This document shows positions 57,569 to 64,000 of a stretch of DNA of 64,000 nucleotides, in pieces; position 1 is the stretch's first letter; each line of letters begins with the position of its first letter. Source of the stretch: Chloropicon primus (taxonomy: Eukaryota); contig CP060758.1 in the NCBI GenBank assembly GCA_023205875.1, forward strand, positions 248,001-312,000, written 5' to 3'. Position numbers and translations under genes: made by a program. A model generated the notes under the pieces. It had not been told where the DNA came from and made no database searches. It was given only the letters and a program-made list of their open reading frames with translations.

Positions 57569-59602
57569 TCAACGCCTGTCCGTCTTTCCGATTCCTCTCT
57601 TACCCGAGAACAAATGCTTGGGCATCTCGTTTGGTATGATTCTGTCTCCCTCTCCCTTTCTGGCAAGCTTCTGCATCTTGCGTTGCATCTTGTCGGACAA
57701 GATCTGGGCCTTCATCTTCTGTGCGGAATGCTTGAAACCTGAACCTGGCTCAGCAGAATGAGCAACAGATGGTCCGCGGGATCTTGATCGCGACTTGGAA
57801 CTGTGCGTGCGGCCAAGGACTGCTGACCTGGACTTGGACCTGGACTTGGACCTGCCTTCCATGTCCTCGTCGTCCTCGAGGGCTCTCTTCTTGCCCCTTC
57901 TCGTGACAGACCTTCCCCTGTTCCTTTCGATGGCTGCACTTGCGTCCACGCCCATCTCCCCGAGCTCGTCTCTCATCCTCCTCGACGTCAACCTTCTCTC
58001 GGTGTCATGCTTGCGAGCGATGTGCGCGGAGCCTTGCCCCTTCTGCTTCTTCTTCCTGTGGTCCATGATAATCTTTGACTTCTTGGCCCTGATCTTCTTC
58101 AGCGTCTGCTTCTCCTCCGCCGTGAGGTCGTCCTCACTCTCCTCGTCCATCTGGTTCTCCTCTTCCTGGAGCATGGCTTCCTCCTCCCTCTCGAGCTCGG
58201 CGAGTCGCTCCTCGATATCCGGGTCCACGAAGTCAGCGACGTTGTGCCCGTCAAATATCTCGGGAATCTTGTCGTACTTCCACTCGTCCTTCTCCAGCAG
58301 GTAGTTCTTCCTGACATCCATGGAGTAGACGCCAGCTCCCCCGTTCTCCTCCTGCAAGTCCTTCTCTGTCTTGCGCTCCGATTTGGGGTACCCTGCCTTG
58401 GCGTTCGCGAGCACCGACTTGGGGATGTTCGGGGCTCGGACACCCGTTGACGGCAGGGCGACGTGAAGCCTGTTGAGCACATCATTCGTCTTCCTCGTCT
58501 TGAGCTTCTGGTCCACTCTGGACATCAAAAGCATCTCGCAGGCCTTGTTCTTGACGTCACTGACGCCGTCTTCCTTGAGGGTGCTCATGGTGACAAGACC
58601 TCCGTCGGCGCTGCTGGAGTCGACGACCATGCTCGCGGTGAGACCCGCGCAATTCATGTCCGCGGCCTTCTTCATCTCCTCAAGGAGGTCCTTGCTCTTC
58701 TGCGGCAGGTCCTCCATGGCCTGGGCGTCCGTCTTGTTGCACACGACCAAGAGGGGCTTGTTGGCGAAGAGGGGCTTGATGGAGTGGAAAAGGGCGGCCT
58801 GCTGAGCAATCGTGTAGCCGCACTGCTCGGAGATGTCCACGATGTACAGAATCACGGCCCTGAGGTGAGCCAAAGCGGTGATACTCTGCATCTCGATGGT
58901 GTTCCTCGTCTCCAGGGGCCTGTCCAAGATTCCCGGGGTATCGATGACCTGCCACCTCAGGTACTTGAAGTCCATGTGACCCACGTAAAGGGACTTGGTG
59001 GTGAAAGCGTAGGGCTCCACCTCCACGTCCGCCCTCGTGACCGTGTTCATGAAGCTCGACTTACCCACGTTGGGGTAGCCACAAACCAGGAGCGTCCTGG
59101 TGTTCGGGTCGATGGAGGGGAGACGAGACATGTGCTGCCTCACCTGCTCCAGGTACACGAGGCTTGCCTTCTGCTTCTTCATCAGGGTGCACATCCGCCC
59201 CAAAGCCGCCTTCTTCAGCTGCTTGCACCTGTACAGAGAGTCGCCGTACTTGAGAAGGCGCACGTAGTCCTTGGCGATCTTATCGATGAGACCCACCGCG
59301 GTGTGTATCTGACCAAGAGCCAACTTGTAGTGGTCCCTGTCATACAACACGTTCATCAGGTCGCTGTAGAACGGGTGGATGTCATCCAACTTTGGAAACG
59401 AGTCCAACACCTTGCCAAGCTTGTCGTGAAAAGTCTGCTGGGTGTACTTCACCTTCCTCATGTAAAACTGGCGGATCCTCGATATCTGCCACTTCCCTCT
59501 TACCACCGTGGGCGTCTGCCTTTGCGTCTTGCTCAACACCACGTCAAGCAAGTCCGACGCCGACGGCACGGTCGGCAACGCCTTGAAGTTGTACACCGGC
59601 AT
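57569..59602 (-). CDS. NOG1: Nucleolar GTP-binding protein 1
   Basis: YNFK...LSKTQRQTPTV, CGYPNVGKSSF, YAFTTKSL, DTPGILDRPLE, PKHLFSGKRGIGKTDRR. Confidence 0.97.
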   Translation of the reverse strand: MPVYNFKALPTVPSASDLLDVVLSKTQRQTPTVVRGKWQISRIRQFYMRKVKYTQQTFHDKLGKVLDSFPKLDDIHPFYSDLMNVLYDRDHYKLALGQIHTAVGLIDKIAKDYVRLLKYGDSLYRCKQLKKAALGRMCTLMKKQKASLVYLEQVRQHMSRLPSIDPNTRTLLVCGYPNVGKSSFMNTVTRADVEVEPYAFTTKSLYVGHMDFKYLRWQVIDTPGILDRPLETRNTIEMQSITALAHLRAVILYIVDISEQCGYTIAQQAALFHSIKPLFANKPLLVVCNKTDAQAMEDLPQKSKDLLEEMKKAADMNCAGLTASMVVDSSSADGGLVTMSTLKEDGVSDVKNKACEMLLMSRVDQKLKTRKTNDVLNRLHVALPSTGVRAPNIPKSVLANAKAGYPKSERKTEKDLQEENGGAGVYSMDVRKNYLLEKDEWKYDKIPEIFDGHNVADFVDPDIEERLAELEREEEAMLQEEENQMDEESEDDLTAEEKQTLKKIRAKKSKIIMDHRKKKQKGQGSAHIARKHDTERRLTSRRMRDELGEMGVDASAAIERNRGRSVTRRGKKRALEDDEDMEGRSKSRSKSRSAVLGRTHSSKSRSRSRGPSVAHSAEPGSGFKHSAQKMKAQILSDKMQRKMQKLARKGEGDRIIPNEMPKHLFSGKRGIGKTDRR

Positions 59603-60609
59603 GTTGGCTTGAAGACCGCGATACTACTCGAGCTGCTCTCTCTCTCTCTCTCCTCTCGCCTCTCTCCTCGATGCGAAGGGATGCGAAGGGATGCGCGAGT
59701 ATTCACAAGCGCGTCGTGGGTCAAAATCCACAACCAAAGGGTCTATGGAAAGGTATCGAGACGCGCTCTCGTTCTGAAACAAGGAAGCTTCCCTTACTTT
59801 TCGCCCTCGTCGTCAAACTCCACGCGCTTTCCTCTCCAGTCGTGCGCCACTGCAGACTGCAGACTGCAGCTTTTTTCTGGCGGCTCCCCATGAAATTTCA
59901 CATTATACTTCATATGAACGAGTATACTTTAGTTTCATGAGTATAGTCTCAAATGTGAATCTTATCCTTGCGATCGGAGGATCAGCGAGTGGCGAGTGCG
60001 CGGGACGGCGAAGAGGTGAGTTTGCGAGCGAGGTGGAGGGCGAGGGAGGCGAGAGACGGGAAAGGAAGGTCGACAGGTGGACGTGTCTCTTCGTTCTCTT
60101 TCGATAGACGTGTTGCTCGAAGGGTTTGGCGCCAGTTTGAGCACGAGACGGAGAGACTGATACGAACGCTTCGTCCTCGTTGGTGCCAGCCGGAGGGGTG
60201 AGCTTGTGGACGGTAGAGTGAGCGAGGGAGTCGAGGGAGGCGAGGGCGAGGGCGAGGGATCGAATCCTGGTCTCGCGATCTTTCCAACGACGCCTCGATC
60301 GAGTAGAATTGTGCGGCGGAAGACTGGAAGGAGAAGGGTTTCGCTTGACCTGCCTGCAACGACAAGAGGAGCGAAGAGGGAAGGTGAGTCCAGGGCGAGA
60401 AGCAGGTTCCAGGCGGCGTGTCTCGGTCGTCGTCGATGCTTCGCCCTCGTCGTCGCCTCCCGCTCCTCTTTCTCGTGACACTCGCGACTCTGAGGTCCTG
60501 CGGAGGGAAAATCACGCTGACAAACACAACTGCCTGCTCTCTCGTCGACGCTTGGGTTCTGGGGATGGCAGGCGTGGTCTGAGAGGCCAAGGCCAGGGCC
60601 AAGCGCAGG

Positions 60610-62367
60610 ATGGGTTCAAGCGGCGGGAGGGGGATCCTGATGAAGCCGAGGGCGTGTTGCGGCGCCAGATCGCCCGTCTTCCTCGGTACGACGGCTGGAA
60701 AGTGGGCGAGGATGACGAGAGGGAGGCGGGCGACGGGGCCCGTGAGCGACCAGGAGGGGGTGATCTTGAGGCACCGGGGGCGTTGCGTCAGGGGAAACGC
60801 GTCGGAGGAGGCCGAGACGAGGACGGTTTCTGACGAGAACGGGAAGCGGGACGACGGGAACGCGGAGGCCGACAGGGCCCTGACTTCCCTCTTGTCGAGG
60901 CCGGCGAGCAGGAGGCGGGTGACGAGCTGCGACTGCGCGGAGGAAGGCCTGTACGAGCTCCTCATGGTCGCCCAAGAGGGGGGGTACGACAACTCGGCGG
61001 AGTGGAGCCTTCGAGAGTCGTCGCTGGAGCGCCTGGTGGAGATGATCGTGGAGGACGGGAACCCAGATCTCGCGGTGGACTTGTTTCGGGTCGTGTACGG
61101 GGGCTCAAGGAGCCAACTTCCCTTCAAGTGGATCTTTGACGCGTCGCGGTTCAGGTCCTTTGTCCTCGTGTGCCTGATACGGTCCTTGTACCTGGAGAAC
61201 GCCCTGAAGTTCCTCGAGGACTCATGCAAGGTCAGCATGCCCGGGCCGGACCAAGTCAGCTTCGGCACGGTCGTCCCGTCCCCCTCCGCCCCCTCCTCCT
61301 CCCTGACGGTGGTGAAGAGTTTTCACGGCGAGGAGACGGTCGCTTGTGCGTCCTCCAGGTACCTCTTCGACTGCTACTCGGGAATGGTGGTGAGCGCGGA
61401 GAGTGACGCCCCGGCCTCGAGGAGCGAAGGGGCAGTCTTCGAGCTGCTCGAGAAGCGGGTGTTCGCGGGCAACAGCAACAAGTACGCGTTGAACCACAAG
61501 ATCGTCGTGGATGCACCCGACGGGACGGCGAGGGCGTACAAGTTTGCGACCGAGACAGACGAGCTCCCGGCAAAGGTTGGGGACAGGGTCACCGTCATAT
61601 GCGCCAGCAATTCGGAGTCCGCGGGGGGAAGCTTTCCTCCCATCCCTCCCGGATCTTTCAAGGGAGAGCCCAAGTCCCTTTACAATCACAGACAGAGGAA
61701 AACGACTCAGCTTCTCAGGACGTTTGACCCAAACAGCGGGGTCGCGCTGAAGTGGATCGTCCTTGGAACGGCCCTGCTCGCGGGGGGGGACTCCTCGAGC
61801 GCCCTGATCAACCCCGACTTTCCCGCCTTGATTGCTGCGGGGGCCCTCGGCGTGACTGCGGCGGGTGCCGCGGCGAAGGAGCTCATCTTGCCCCAGCTCG
61901 CCAAGCTTCCGACGAACACTTTGGCCTCCGCAGAGCTTCGGCAAGAATTTTTGCAGCAGTACGACGTGATCATAGGAAAGCTGGACGAGCTCCTCGTCTC
62001 GATCAACGAAGACATTCAGCTTCTCGGCAGGTTGTGGGGGCTCCACCACAAGATAGAAGCTCTCGGAAGCAGCGGATCGTACGACGCGCGGCTTCAAAAA
62101 ATTTTGGGGAGCGCCTCTACGCTGGAGGACAGGGTTGCCTCAAAGCTGCAGCTGATAGAGGGGTACTCCCGAGTGTCCCACATGATAGAGATAGAGGTCG
62201 AGCTGGATGCTGACATCGATGCCGCGGAGACGCGGGTGGCCATGTCAGGCATCACGGTGGAGCTCGGCAAGGTGGAAGAGCTGGAAGAGCTCAAGGACGA
62301 GTGGACGATGCAAGTGGAGGCCAAGGACGAGATAGAAAGGCTTCTGGGGTCGTCGGATCAACTCTGA
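60610..62367 (+). CDS. Conserved green-lineage plastid protein (resembles Arabidopsis At1g64430, PPR-like annotation; recalled from memory)
   Basis: Transit-peptide-like start; PGPDQVSFGTVV, HKIVVDAPDGTARAYKFATET..LPAKVGDRVTV, hydrophobic hairpin, C-terminal coiled coil with MIEIEVELD. Confidence 0.65.
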   Translation: MGSSGGRGILMKPRACCGARSPVFLGTTAGKWARMTRGRRATGPVSDQEGVILRHRGRCVRGNASEEAETRTVSDENGKRDDGNAEADRALTSLLSRPASRRRVTSCDCAEEGLYELLMVAQEGGYDNSAEWSLRESSLERLVEMIVEDGNPDLAVDLFRVVYGGSRSQLPFKWIFDASRFRSFVLVCLIRSLYLENALKFLEDSCKVSMPGPDQVSFGTVVPSPSAPSSSLTVVKSFHGEETVACASSRYLFDCYSGMVVSAESDAPASRSEGAVFELLEKRVFAGNSNKYALNHKIVVDAPDGTARAYKFATETDELPAKVGDRVTVICASNSESAGGSFPPIPPGSFKGEPKSLYNHRQRKTTQLLRTFDPNSGVALKWIVLGTALLAGGDSSSALINPDFPALIAAGALGVTAAGAAAKELILPQLAKLPTNTLASAELRQEFLQQYDVIIGKLDELLVSINEDIQLLGRLWGLHHKIEALGSSGSYDARLQKILGSASTLEDRVASKLQLIEGYSRVSHMIEIEVELDADIDAAETRVAMSGITVELGKVEELEELKDEWTMQVEAKDEIERLLGSSDQL

Positions 62368-62508
62368 TGGGAAGCGTGGTGTACAAGAACAAGAAAAGAA
62401 GAAAACATTTTGTGGTGTATCGAATAGGAAGTATTATGAAACAAACAAACAAGCAAAATTATGAAACAAGAAGCCATCTATGGCTTTGATGAACCAGAAC
62501 GGGGCTCC

Positions 62509-64000
62509 TCAGACAATGAAAGCGATTGGCTTGACGAGGGAGAACGTGGGATCGGTCCTGAGTCCGCACCTCAAAAGCTTCGCCACATCCCTGTTCATTT
62601 GCGCCCTCTCCAACTTGAAGTGGATGTACCTCTCTCCAATCTCCTTCTCGAATTGGTGCCTCTCCGAGACGAAGCTGGCGATCGCGGCCGCCCTCGCGTT
62701 GTTTCTCGCGGCAGCCGTCTGCAGGGTGAAGAGGTTCTGATTCCTCCTGTTTTCCGCTGCCTTGATCCTGCCGACGCGGGCGCAGTCCTGGATCGCCGCT
62801 TTTGCCTTCGCGCAGATTTGGCTCTTCTCCACGCGCTCCGATCCAAGCTCGTTGGCCTTCTTTGACTTGGACGCCAAGACCCTCTTCCTCTTGGCCTCCG
62901 CTGCCTCGATCCTCTCGATCAGGGCCAAGGCTTTCTCGGACAGCACCCTCCTCCTCTTCTCGTTTGCTCCCTTGTCACCGAGCCTGCGAGCCTTCTGGGC
63001 CACCCCCGCGAGGTGCACGTTCCTCTTGGCCTCCGCGGCCTGGAGCTTTGCGGTCAATCCCAGGGAGAGGAGGGCCATCTTCTCGAAGTTGCTCGCCCTC
63101 ACGATCGCATCACCCATCTCGTAGGCCTTCCTCTGCGCCATGATCAGCCTGATGTTCCTCCTGGAGGTGGCAGCCTCCAGCTTCAACCTCCACAGGTTGG
63201 TCAGGGCCGCGCGCATCATCTCGCCCTCCAGGCGAATGAACTCGGCCACGGAGTCGCCAGACATTGTCCTTGCGCGTGCCCTGCGAGATTCAAGGTGGGA
63301 CGCCCTCCTGTCCGCCGCCTCCTGGAGCCTGGCGCTCAGGACATCGGAGAGGAAGACCCTCCTCCTGTTCATCCAGATCAGCACGGACCCCTCGCCGAGC
63401 TCGCCGGCACGCTTGACCCTCTGGGCCAAGGCGTTGGCCCTCCTTCCGGCCGCGGCCTCGAGCCTGTGGCGCATCGCTTGGCCCAAAGCCTGCCTCTTCC
63501 TCTCGCTGTCCTCCATGATCGCGGCGATGGCCTTGGTCCTCTCCGCGGCCTTGGCCCTCCTGGCCAAGAGGTTCTGGGACCTCCTCTCCTCGGCCGCCTG
63601 AAGCTTGGCCTCGATCTCGTCCTTCCTGAACATCCTCCTCTCCTCCATCTTGCGGGCCGAGTACGTTCCGACCCCAAGCCTCGCGGCTACGCCCGCCCTG
63701 GTGGCCAAGACGTCCTGTCTCCTCTGGTCCGCGGCGGCGTGCCTCTCCTCGACGGCGTCGCGAATCAAGTCCGGGCTGGACCTCTTCCGCCTCGGCGTCC
63801 TCAGCCTCGTGAGCTCCTTGGCTCGGCAGGCTCGGGCGCACATCATGGATGCCTTCCTCTTCTCGGCCCTCTCGAGGCGGAGGTTGACGGGGGAGGGGCC
63901 CTCCACCCTCTTGGCCTTCGAGGGCGGCGTCGACATCCGCCTCGCCTGGTTGACCCTCTCGCGGAGAAGGACGAGCCTCTTGCGGGACGCCCTGTCCTGC
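62509..64000 (-). CDS. Arg/Ala-rich coiled-coil repeat protein, 5'-truncated by window edge
   Basis: Frame stays open from 63936 to the window end; recurring KLQAAEERR/RLEAAAGRR-like units about every 37 aa. Confidence 0.65.
   Translation of the reverse strand, partial: QDRASRKRLVLLRERVNQARRMSTPPSKAKRVEGPSPVNLRLERAEKRKASMMCARACRAKELTRLRTPRRKRSSPDLIRDAVEERHAAADQRRQDVLATRAGVAARLGVGTYSARKMEERRMFRKDEIEAKLQAAEERRSQNLLARRAKAAERTKAIAAIMEDSERKRQALGQAMRHRLEAAAGRRANALAQRVKRAGELGEGSVLIWMNRRRVFLSDVLSARLQEAADRRASHLESRRARARTMSGDSVAEFIRLEGEMMRAALTNLWRLKLEAATSRRNIRLIMAQRKAYEMGDAIVRASNFEKMALLSLGLTAKLQAAEAKRNVHLAGVAQKARRLGDKGANEKRRRVLSEKALALIERIEAAEAKRKRVLASKSKKANELGSERVEKSQICAKAKAAIQDCARVGRIKAAENRRNQNLFTLQTAAARNNARAAAIASFVSERHQFEKEIGERYIHFKLERAQMNRDVAKLLRCGLRTDPTFSLVKPIAFIV

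Noticed and set aside
62509..64000. TCP11-like assignment for the coiled-coil protein
   Set aside because: Only generic KLxAAExRR repeats; no TCP11 domain before the stop codon.

Overview
Gene-dense, intron-poor, GC-rich eukaryotic nuclear DNA. Plastid-type genes (FZL, DUF819, DUF4079, a calredoxin-like module), short GT-AG introns and tiny intergenic spaces point to a compact picoplanktonic green alga (Chloropicon-like; an inference, not a database match). About 30 mostly housekeeping genes are present (DHX37, ALG11, TRAPPC13, RPA49, VMP1, GALE, NOG1, FZL and others). The main find is a stand-alone Fanzor2/IS607-TnpB-like RNA-guided nuclease gene (15837-18005, minus) with an intact RuvC triad and no transposase nearby. 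It is followed by a ~150-nt segment that folds by eye into an omega-RNA-like pseudoknotted scaffold, whose predicted scaffold/guide junction coincides with a perfect spliceosomal donor (CAG|GUAAGU). Other notable items: a 47-aa, 18-Cys metallothionein missed by the ORF track; a degenerate polyphosphate-glucokinase + EF-hand + thioredoxin fusion; a 4x HARE-HTH protein; a ~3450-aa Sfi1-repeat protein with nested higher-order repeats; a structured 117-bp intergenic direct repeat; and an orientation-specific promoter motif (TCTC-N5-CTTTC) upstream of many genes. All family calls come from recalled motifs; no searches were run.
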